Source of the DNA: Myxococcota bacterium
GTDB lineage: Bacteria; Myxococcota_A; UBA796; UBA2385
Reading direction: 5' to 3'
Assembly: GCA_044344255.1 (NCBI GenBank)
Contig: JBIJDH010000026.1
Span: forward strand, 32,781 to 96,780
DNA length: 64,000 nt
Under the pieces are notes generated by a model. The model saw only the letters and a program-made list of their open reading frames with translations. It was not told the DNA's origin and searched no databases. A program made the translations under genes and the position numbers. Of this stretch, positions 56,572 through 64,000 are shown one piece after another (position 1 is the first letter of the stretch; the number at the start of each line of letters is the position of its first letter).

Positions 56572-58839
56572 GTGCTCCTCCTCCTCGCCCTCGCCTGTCG
56601 TTCGGATCCCTCGCCCAAGGCTACGCCCGAGGCCGGGTCCTGTGAGACCACCTTCACCTACACCGCCGTGGGCGAGGCCGATTTTGACGGCGTCTTCCTC
56701 GCGGGAGACTGGGACGGCTGGGACCCCTCCGCCACCCCGCTCACCGAGGTGTCGCCGGGGCTCTGGTCGGTCTCCCTGCCGCTCGAGCCGGGGCCCCACA
56801 GCTACCGCTTCGTGGAATTCCAGTCCTGGACCTACGACGGGCACCGCAGCTGGGTCTGTGACCCCGAGGCGCCGTTGATCCAGTGTGACGAGGGCTACAC
56901 CACCGTCGGCAACACCGACTGGGCGCAGACCTGCACCACCGGCGAGGACTCGAGCTGTAACAGCCTCATCGTCGTCGAAGACTGCGCCCGGCCCACGCTC
57001 TCGCTCACCGCGCTGCACATCGACCGCGCCGCCAAGGGCGTCCAGGCCTCGCTCGCCTTCGTCCCCGGGGCGGGCGGCGAGGGGCTCGGCGCCTCCTCGG
57101 TCACCCTCGACGGCGCGCCGCTCAGCCTGAGCTGGGTCGATGGTCAAGCGGTCATCGACCTCTCCGGCCTCACGCCCACCCGCCACACCCTGCGAGCGGT
57201 GGCCACGGACGCCGCCGGCCGTGAGGCGGAGGCCCTCTACGTCCCCTTCTGGCTCGACCAGGACGAGGCCGGGGACGCCGCCTGGCGCAGCGCCCCGCTC
57301 TACTTCGCCTTCGTCGACCGCATGCAAGACGGCGACCCCGCCAACTCTGCCCCCGAGGGCACGAGCATCACCATCGGTGATTACGAGGGCGGCGACTACG
57401 CGGGCCTCATCGCGCTCCTGCCCTACCTCCAGAGCCTCGGCGTGGGGGCGCTCTGGCTCTCGAACGCCTCCGACAACGCCGAGGGGCCCTGGGCAGGGGC
57501 CTGCGGTCAGACCATCGCCGGCTACCACGCCTACTGGCCCGACGCCGCGCGGGACGTCGAGGAGCACTTCGGCACCGAGGCTGACCTGCACGACCTCGTG
57601 GACGCCGCTCACGCCTCGGGCATGCGCGTGCTGATGGACTGGGTGGGCAACCACGTCCACGAAGACCACCCCTACTACACCGAGCACGCGGCCGACGGCT
57701 GGTTCACCGAGGCCTCGGCTTGCGATGAGACGGTGGGCGGCCAGCTCGGCTACGACCGCATCCCCGAGACCTGCTGGTTCGCCGGCTACCTGCCCGACCT
57801 CGACTACACCCACCCCGAGCCCCTCGTCACGATGGTCGACGACGCGCTCTGGTGGGTGAAGACCTACGAGCTCGACGGCCTGCGGGTCGACGCCGTCAAG
57901 CACATGAACCACGCCGTCGCCTGGAACCTCGAGGCGAAGATCCAGGCCGAGGTGGAGCACCGCGCCGTGGGCGGCGACGAGTCCTTCTGGACGGTGGGAG
58001 AGACCTTCGACGGTTACGAGCGTATCGCCAATTACCTGTCCAAGGGCGATCAGAAGGGGCTGGACGGTCAATTCGATTTCCCGATGTATTACACCCAGCT
58101 CGGCGCCTTCGCGACCCGCTCGAGCAGCCTCGCCGACCTCGAGGGCACGGTGGCCGCCTCCGAGGCCGCCTTCGGGGACGCGCTGATGAGCGGCTTCCTC
58201 GGCAACCACGACGTCGTGCGCTGGACCAGCTACGCCGCCGAGGGCTACCAGGGCTCTTGCGAGGGCGACGGCCTCACCCCGCGCTACGCCGCCGTCACCA
58301 CCGACCCCGCCATCTACGCCCGCCTGCGCCTCGCCTGGACCTTTCTGTTCACGCAGCCGGCGGTCCCCCTCGTCTATTATGGCGATGAGCTCGGCATGCC
58401 CGGCTATGCCGACCCCGACAACCGCAAGCCCCTCTGGGAGCTCGCGGGCGACCTGTCGGGCGTCTCGAGCGTGGATGACCTCGCCGCCCAGGTCACCGCC
58501 GAACAGGCGAGAGTGCTCCGCCAGGTCGCCGCCCTCGCCGCCGCCCGTAAGGCCCACCCCGCGATGTGGCGCGGCACCACCACCGAGTGGTGGCTCGGCC
58601 CGTCGGACTGGGCCACCGTCTGGGCCTACGCGCGGACCGACGCCGACACGGGCGACGCCGTGCTGGTGGCCATCAACAACGGTGACGACGACGTCACCCT
58701 CACGAACGGCCTCGCCTTCGCGGGCCTGCCCACCGGCGGCACCTGGACCGACGCCCTGAGCGGAGAGACCTTCTCCGCCGCGGGGGACTCCCTCTCCTTC
58801 TGGCTCCCGGCGCGGAGCTCGCGGGTGCTGGTCCCCTGA
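56572..58839 (+). CDS. GH13 alpha-amylase family lipoprotein with N-terminal CBM48-like domain
   Basis: LALAC; LAGDWDGW; GYHAYW, DWVGNH, DGLRVDAVKH, VGE, LGNHD, YYGDELG. Confidence 0.9.
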   Translation: MLLLLALACRSDPSPKATPEAGSCETTFTYTAVGEADFDGVFLAGDWDGWDPSATPLTEVSPGLWSVSLPLEPGPHSYRFVEFQSWTYDGHRSWVCDPEAPLIQCDEGYTTVGNTDWAQTCTTGEDSSCNSLIVVEDCARPTLSLTALHIDRAAKGVQASLAFVPGAGGEGLGASSVTLDGAPLSLSWVDGQAVIDLSGLTPTRHTLRAVATDAAGREAEALYVPFWLDQDEAGDAAWRSAPLYFAFVDRMQDGDPANSAPEGTSITIGDYEGGDYAGLIALLPYLQSLGVGALWLSNASDNAEGPWAGACGQTIAGYHAYWPDAARDVEEHFGTEADLHDLVDAAHASGMRVLMDWVGNHVHEDHPYYTEHAADGWFTEASACDETVGGQLGYDRIPETCWFAGYLPDLDYTHPEPLVTMVDDALWWVKTYELDGLRVDAVKHMNHAVAWNLEAKIQAEVEHRAVGGDESFWTVGETFDGYERIANYLSKGDQKGLDGQFDFPMYYTQLGAFATRSSSLADLEGTVAASEAAFGDALMSGFLGNHDVVRWTSYAAEGYQGSCEGDGLTPRYAAVTTDPAIYARLRLAWTFLFTQPAVPLVYYGDELGMPGYADPDNRKPLWELAGDLSGVSSVDDLAAQVTAEQARVLRQVAALAAARKAHPAMWRGTTTEWWLGPSDWATVWAYARTDADTGDAVLVAINNGDDDVTLTNGLAFAGLPTGGTWTDALSGETFSAAGDSLSFWLPARSSRVLVP

Positions 58840-58851
58840 GCGCGGCGAGCC

Positions 58852-59439
58852 TCAGGCCGGGGCGCCGCACCCGCAGGCGCGAGGGCGGGCCTCGATCACC
58901 GCCCCCCGCGGGTCCGTCACCAGCTCACAGCAGGCCTCGAAGGCGGCCCGCATCCGGCGCCGCCCCCGCTGCACGCGGGCCTTCAGCGTGGGGAGCGGGA
59001 CGCCGAGCCGCCGCGCCGCTTCGGCCTGGCGGAGGCCCCCCTGGTCGGTGAGGCGCAGGGCCTCGGCCTGCTCGGGGGGCAGCCCTTCGAGGAAGGGCTC
59101 CAGGCAGGCGGCGAGCAGCGGGCGGAGCAGCGCGTCCTCCGCCTCGGGCTCCTCGGGCCCCGCCGCAGGGTCCTCCACGAGGGCCGCCTGTCGGCGGGCG
59201 GCGGCCGCGGCGCGCCGGTGGTGGTCGATGAGCACGCTCCGCGCCACCCGATAGACCCAGGGGGCGAGGCGGTCCTGCGCCCGCAGCGCGCCCACCCCCT
59301 GGTGGACGCGGAGGAGCGTGTCCTGGACGAGGTCGTCGGCCTCGGGGCCCGCCACCCGAGCCCCGAAGAAGCGGCGCAGCTCCCCTTCGAAGCGCCGGAG
59401 CACGTGCTCGCTGTCGAGGATCGGGTGGGGCGCGGTCAC
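58852..59439 (-). CDS. sigZ: ECF sigma factor, SigZ-like with Cys-rich tail
   Basis: ADDLVQD, WVYRVAR..LIDHHR, CL.PFL..LP, TLKARVQRGR, ACCE...ACGC. Confidence 0.85.
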   Translation of the reverse strand: MTAPHPILDSEHVLRRFEGELRRFFGARVAGPEADDLVQDTLLRVHQGVGALRAQDRLAPWVYRVARSVLIDHHRRAAAAARRQAALVEDPAAGPEEPEAEDALLRPLLAACLEPFLEGLPPEQAEALRLTDQGGLRQAEAARRLGVPLPTLKARVQRGRRRMRAAFEACCELVTDPRGAVIEARPRACGCGAPA

Positions 59440-60236
59440 GGCTTGCAGGCCTCGATGGTGGCCGAGAGCACCTGCTGGGCGGCGGGGTGTCCGGGGGCCC
59501 AGGCCTCGATGATGTCCTGGGAGTCGGACTTCTCGCGGATCTGCACCTCCGTGAAGCCCGCCGCCTGGAGCCAGACCTCCACCTCCGCCACCGAGGCGGC
59601 GCCGCTGATGCAGCCGACGAGCAGGGCCAGCTCGGCCTGGTGCGCCGGGGAGAGGGGCCCTCGGCTGATGACGTCGGCGATGCGGAGCCGCCCGCCCGGC
59701 CTCAGCACCCGATAGGCCTCTCGAAAGACGGCCGCCTTGTCAGGGGAGAGGTTGACCACACAATTCGACAGGATGACATCGACGCTGTCGTCGGCGACCG
59801 GCAAGTGCTCGATCTCTCCCAGCCGGAACTCCACGTTCTTCGCCCCCGCGGTTTCGGCGTTGGCGCGCGCGCGCCGGAGCATGTCGGGGGTCATGTCCAC
59901 CCCGATCACCCGCCCGTCGGGCCCCACGGCCTGGGCGGCGAGCAGCGCGTCGAAGCCGGCGCCGCTGCCCAAGTCGAGCACCACCTCCCCCGGGCGCAGG
60001 GCCGCGATGGCGAGCGGGTTGCCGCACCCGAGGCCGAGGTTGGCCCCCGCCGGCACCGCGGCCTCCTCCGCGGCGCTGTAGCCGAGGCGACGGGCGTCCG
60101 GGCCGGGGCCGGCCGCGGGGGCGGCGGCGGGCGAGCAGCAGGAGGGGGCGCAGCAGGAGGTGCCCTGGCGGGCGATCTCCCCGTAGGCCGTGCGCACCGC
60201 GTCGCGGACCTGATCGGCTGAGCTCGTGGGGTTCAT
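59436..60236 (-). CDS. arsM: Arsenite S-adenosylmethyltransferase
   Basis: SCCAPSCC, LGY, NLGLGCGNP, LDLGSGAGFD, DMTPDM, SNCVVNLSPDK, GCISGA. Confidence 0.92.
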   Translation of the reverse strand: MNPTSSADQVRDAVRTAYGEIARQGTSCCAPSCCSPAAAPAAGPGPDARRLGYSAAEEAAVPAGANLGLGCGNPLAIAALRPGEVVLDLGSGAGFDALLAAQAVGPDGRVIGVDMTPDMLRRARANAETAGAKNVEFRLGEIEHLPVADDSVDVILSNCVVNLSPDKAAVFREAYRVLRPGGRLRIADVISRGPLSPAHQAELALLVGCISGAASVAEVEVWLQAAGFTEVQIREKSDSQDIIEAWAPGHPAAQQVLSATIEACKP

Positions 60237-60277
60237 GGTCGCTCCCGGGCCGGGGGTTGTGCCGGCCTCTACCCTAC

Positions 60278-60304
60278 AGACGCGCCCGCCGTCGGATGGA
60301 TGCA
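60278..60304 (-). promoter_or_regulatory. ECF-type promoter upstream of arsM-sigZ
   Basis: Minus strand TGCATC-N16-CGTCT, about 40 nt upstream of arsM ATG. Confidence 0.6.
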
Positions 60305-60463
60305 GGCGGGGGCCGCCGCCCCGCGCTTCGCCCCCCCCTTCGGGAGGCGCGGTGCTTTCGAGCGATTGCGGGTCTATGCCTGGACGCGGCGCCGGGCCCT
60401 ATAGGAGGGGCGTCGATGATGATTGACGTCCTCGCCGGTCCGAATGGGCCCATTGGAGCCACC

Positions 60464-61519
60464 ATGTCTGCTGCTCGTAACTCCTCTTCTTTTGTCCCCT
60501 CGTTGGCCGTATTTCCCCTCTTGCTCCTGTCCAGCGTCGGGTTGTCCGCGCAGACCGAGGCCGCAAGCGGCCCGGCTTGGAAGTGGGAGACCGGTCACGT
60601 TCGCACCTGGTACCTCGAGAATGACGTGCAGTTGCCGGTGGCGATGACCGTGACCGCGCCCAACAAGGAGGCCCGAATGGGCCGCTTCCAGACCCGAATG
60701 GTCCTCGCTTGTCAGCCGAAGGAGGCTGTCGAGGCGGGAGACTCGCGGCTCACGCTCCGCTGCGACGTGGTCGACGCCTCCATCATCGGCGTGCCCGTCG
60801 AGCAGGACGAGGGGAAGCTCGGCCCCATCCTCGCGCTGCACGGCTCCCTGCTCGAGCAGGCCACGGTGGAGCTCGACATGAAGGAGAACGGCGAGCTCCG
60901 GGGTGTGGCCCTGCGCGACATCCCCAAGGTGGATCGCAGCTCCTCCGAGCGGGCCGAGCAGCTCCGGCTGATCGTGTCGCGGGCCGTGGCCGGCCTCGAC
61001 CTCCAGCTCTCGGAGGGCCCGAGCGAGTGGGTCCAGAAGGAGGTGGCCCTGTCGCGGTACCCCAGCCCCACCGGCACGAACGGACACACCCGACTGACCC
61101 ACCAGGCGGCGCCGGGCCCCGATGACACCCTCGCCATTCGCTCGACCGGGAAGGCGGCCTTCTCGCTGCCCGGGATCGCCTCGCCCAACAACTTTGTCAG
61201 CGCCACCAGCGGCGCTGGCGCGATGATCCGCGCCGACATCGGCAGCGTGGCCCTCTTCGACGAGGCGGGCGGCGCGCTCCGCTCGCGGGTCTGGTGGGTG
61301 AACGGAGAGCTCACCGCCTCGGCCTCCGACGTGGGCGCGGTCTGGGTGCTCGCCGACGGCCGTCCGGCCTGGCGCTCCTACGCCCAGGTGGGGGTGCTCA
61401 CGCTCCTGCCCGATGGCGCCCCGGCCCCCTCCGCCGGGGAGAGCGGGGAGTCGACGCTCCTCGCCTGCGGCGCGGTGGAGCGGGCGGAGCAGGAGGCGAT
61501 GGGCCTCGCGATGCGCTGA
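60464..61519 (+). CDS. Secreted hypothetical protein
   Basis: GGAG RBS, ATG 60464; signal peptide; beta-rich. Confidence 0.65.
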   Translation: MSAARNSSSFVPSLAVFPLLLLSSVGLSAQTEAASGPAWKWETGHVRTWYLENDVQLPVAMTVTAPNKEARMGRFQTRMVLACQPKEAVEAGDSRLTLRCDVVDASIIGVPVEQDEGKLGPILALHGSLLEQATVELDMKENGELRGVALRDIPKVDRSSSERAEQLRLIVSRAVAGLDLQLSEGPSEWVQKEVALSRYPSPTGTNGHTRLTHQAAPGPDDTLAIRSTGKAAFSLPGIASPNNFVSATSGAGAMIRADIGSVALFDEAGGALRSRVWWVNGELTASASDVGAVWVLADGRPAWRSYAQVGVLTLLPDGAPAPSAGESGESTLLACGAVERAEQEAMGLAMR

Positions 61520-61576
61520 GCCCGGTCGCGGGCGGCCCGCTCCCCCGGTGGCTCACCGGTTAGGCCCACGCTGGAG

Positions 61577-62446
61577 GTGTCGATGGGCCTCGCTCCCTAT
61601 CTGGTGGTGCTCGGCATCGCCCAGGACGGCGGGCACCCCCACGCCGGCTGCACCCGGGCCTGCTGCGCCGCCGCTTGGGCAGACCCTGCGCTCCGCCATC
61701 GGGTGAGCAGCCTCGGGCTCATCGATCCCGCGACGCGCTCCTGGTGGCTGCTCGACGCCACCCCAGACCTCCCGGACCAGCTCCACGCCCTCCAGGAGCT
61801 CCTCCCCGCGGGGAGGCTCGCCGGTGTACTGCCCACCCACGCCCACATCGGCCATTATTCGGGGCTCATGTACCTCGGGCGGGAGTCTATCGGCGCCACC
61901 GCGGTGCCCGTCTATGCGATGCCGCGGATGCTCGATTACCTCGCGCACAGCGGCCCCTGGGAGATGCTCACCCGCCTCGGGAACATCGCGCTCACGCCGC
62001 TGCAGGACCAGCAGGCAGTGCGCCTCAGCCCCACCCTCACGGTCACCCCCCTCCGGGTGCCCCACCGCGACGAGTACTCCGAGACCGTCGGCTTCATCAT
62101 CGAGGGGCCCGCGCACAAGGCCCTGTACCTCCCCGACATCGACAAGTGGGAGCGGTGGGGCACGCCGGTGGAGTCTGTGCTCGCGGGGGTCAATCGCGCC
62201 TGGATAGACGCCACCTTCTACGCGGACGGAGAGATCCCCGGCCGCTCGCTCCAGGAGATCCCGCACCCCTTCGTCTCCGAGACAATGCAGCGCTTCGCCA
62301 GCCTCCCCGAGGCAGAGCGCGGGAAGGTGCACTTCATTCACCTCAACCACACGAACCCGGCCATCGTCGCGGGGAGCGAGGCGCGGCGGGCCATCCAGGC
62401 GGCCGGGATGGCCGTGGCGGTGGAGGGGGAGCGCTTTGAGCTCTGA
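61577..62446 (+). CDS. PqqB-like metallo-beta-lactamase fold hydrolase (stand-alone)
   Basis: LGIAQDGGHPHAGC...C, DATPD, THAHIGHY.GL, VPHRDE.SET, PDIDKW, HLNHTNP. Confidence 0.85.
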   Translation: MSMGLAPYLVVLGIAQDGGHPHAGCTRACCAAAWADPALRHRVSSLGLIDPATRSWWLLDATPDLPDQLHALQELLPAGRLAGVLPTHAHIGHYSGLMYLGRESIGATAVPVYAMPRMLDYLAHSGPWEMLTRLGNIALTPLQDQQAVRLSPTLTVTPLRVPHRDEYSETVGFIIEGPAHKALYLPDIDKWERWGTPVESVLAGVNRAWIDATFYADGEIPGRSLQEIPHPFVSETMQRFASLPEAERGKVHFIHLNHTNPAIVAGSEARRAIQAAGMAVAVEGERFEL

Positions 62447-62455
62447 CCGGGCCGC

Positions 62456-63670
62456 TCAGCCCCCTCGGCTGCGCTCTTCGCGGGAGGGCGGGTATCCGAA
62501 CCAGGCCTTGTAGACGCGGGAGAGGTAGGCTGGGGCCATCCCCACGGCGTCGGCGGCCTCGCTCACTGAGCCCCCGCGGCGCAGCAGATCCTGCGCGCTC
62601 TCGAGGCGGAGCTCTTGCAGCCAGCTCGAGGGGGCCTTGCCGCTGAGGCGGTTCAGGACACGCTGGAGGGTGCGGGGGCTCATCGCGACCGCGCTGGCGA
62701 GGACCTCGACCGTGAAGCTGGGGTCACTCATCCGTGCCCGGGCGATGCCGAGGAGGCGGTCGAGCAGGGCGCGCTCGGCCTCGTTGAGCGGCGCCTGCCC
62801 GGCCTCCACCGGGGGAGGGGCCTCCACCGGGGAAGGGACCTCCAACGGAGCTGGGAGCCCGAAGCCCCCGGCGCGCAGCCGGAGGAGGGCGGTCTCCCCG
62901 TCGCCGACGGCCTCCACGTCGACCTCGGCGGAGAGGCGGGCGGCGAGGTAGGCCCGGAGCTCGGGGTGGTCCTCGACCAGCAGCACCCGTGGCCGCGACC
63001 CGACCGGAGGGGGCGGGCGGATGGGGGTTGGGAAGGAGGGATCGGAGGGCTCGTCGAGCCCGATGTCCTCGATAGAGAGGTGGTCTGTCCCCGACGGGAG
63101 GCTGAGCGCGAAGGTGGCCCCGGCGGCGCCGCCTTCGAGGAGCTGGAGGGAGCCGCCCTGGAGCTCGGCGAGCTCCCGCGCGAGGGAGAGGCCGATGCCT
63201 GCGCCCTCCGCGCTCTGATGGCCCCCCGACTCGGCCTGATAGTACCGCTCGAAGATGCGCTCCCGGTGCTCGGCCGCCACGCCCGGGCCCTCGTCCTGCA
63301 CCAGGATTCGCACCTCGCCGGCCTCTATCGTTACGCTGAGCGCGACCGTGCCACCCTTTGGGGTGAACTTGAGCGCGTTGCTGAGGAGGTTCCCGACGGC
63401 CTTCTCGAGGAGGTCGGGGTCGGCCCAGAGGATGATCGGACGCCCGCCCGCGTTCGGGTCGGGGTTGCCCAGCGCTCGGAGATCGAGGATGAGCTCGAGG
63501 CCGCGCGCCATCGCGATGGGGCGGTGGCGGGACACGAGCTCCTCGAGGAAGCGGCCGATGCGGATGCGACGCGCCCGCATGGGCAGGCGCCCGGCCTCGA
63601 GGCGCACAAGGTCGAAGAGCTGATCGATGAGCTGTCGCAGGCGGTCGGCGTTTCGGAGGGCGAGGTCCAC
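62456..63670 (-). pseudogene. Truncated hybrid sensor kinase / receiver / AraC regulator
   Basis: HATPase (NLLSNALKFT, DEGPG, GAGIGL) and AraC HTH present; H-box and sensor missing with in-frame TGA about 70 nt upstream; receiver cut after alpha2. Confidence 0.8.
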
Positions 63671-63681
63671 CGGGCTCTCGG

Positions 63682-64000
63682 ATGGGGGAGGCCGGAACGG
63701 CCCTGCCTCGGCACGTCGAGGACGAGGTGGAAGGCTACCTCAACTGCGGCGACCCGGCGCGAGGCTTCGCCTGGTTAGAGTGCGAGGGCTGCGCCTCGCA
63801 CCGGCTCATCCCCTTCTCGTGCAAGGGGCGGGGCTTCTGCCCGTCCTGCGCGGGGCGCCGGATGGCGGAGGGCTCCTTGCGGTGGGCCGAGCTCTTTCCA
63901 CCGGTTCGCGTACGGCAATTCGTGCTGACGGTGCCGTACGGACGTCGCCTGCTCATCGCCCGGGACCGAGCGCTGGAGCGGGGTGTGCACGCGACGGCCA
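63682..64000 (+). mobile_element. IS91-family (rolling-circle) transposase, Zn-binding N-terminal domain, runs off window end
   Basis: Manual translation: LPRHVEDEVEGYLNCGDPARGFAWLECEGC...PFSCKGRGFCPSCAGRRM...VRQFVLTVP. Confidence 0.88.

Noticed and set aside
61577..62446. PQQ biosynthesis locus
   Set aside because: Only a PqqB-like MBL gene; no pqqA/C/D/E adjacent
1..64000. tRNA, rRNA, riboswitch or retron-type ncRNA
   Set aside because: No cloverleaf, rRNA or recognisable aptamer motifs seen by eye; a covariance-model scan would be needed to exclude them

Overview
Very GC-rich chromosomal window, most likely from a Myxococcota/deltaproteobacterial lineage. This is inferred from Asp-rich DADTD lipoproteins, MopE-like Ca-binding repeats, a CglB-like vWA lipoprotein, a fimU-pilVWX-pilY1 cluster and lipid A genes. 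About 55 genes are supportable; most long ORFs in the supplied track are antisense shadows. I saw no rRNA, tRNA or CRISPR array. Highlights: (1) an arsM-sigZ operon with a Cys-tailed ECF sigma, an ECF-type promoter and no ArsR or anti-sigma; (2) a complete stand-alone sigma54 unit (triple palindromic enhancer, -24/-12 promoter, RBS, 82-aa acidic protein, terminator); (3) a sigma-region-4 / zinc anti-sigma / TM fusion preceded by a 13-bp tandem repeat; (4) an SNF2 helicase with a C-terminal integrase core-binding-like domain; (5) a sigma54-driven minor pilin operon running into surface-modification genes, a probably inactive acetoacetyl-CoA synthetase homolog and comF; (6) a WaaA-LpxK fusion; (7) two edge genes missing from the ORF track: a GH135/spherulin-4 lipoprotein and an IS91-family transposase abutting a broken hybrid kinase. 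All calls come from reading motifs by eye; no database searches were run.
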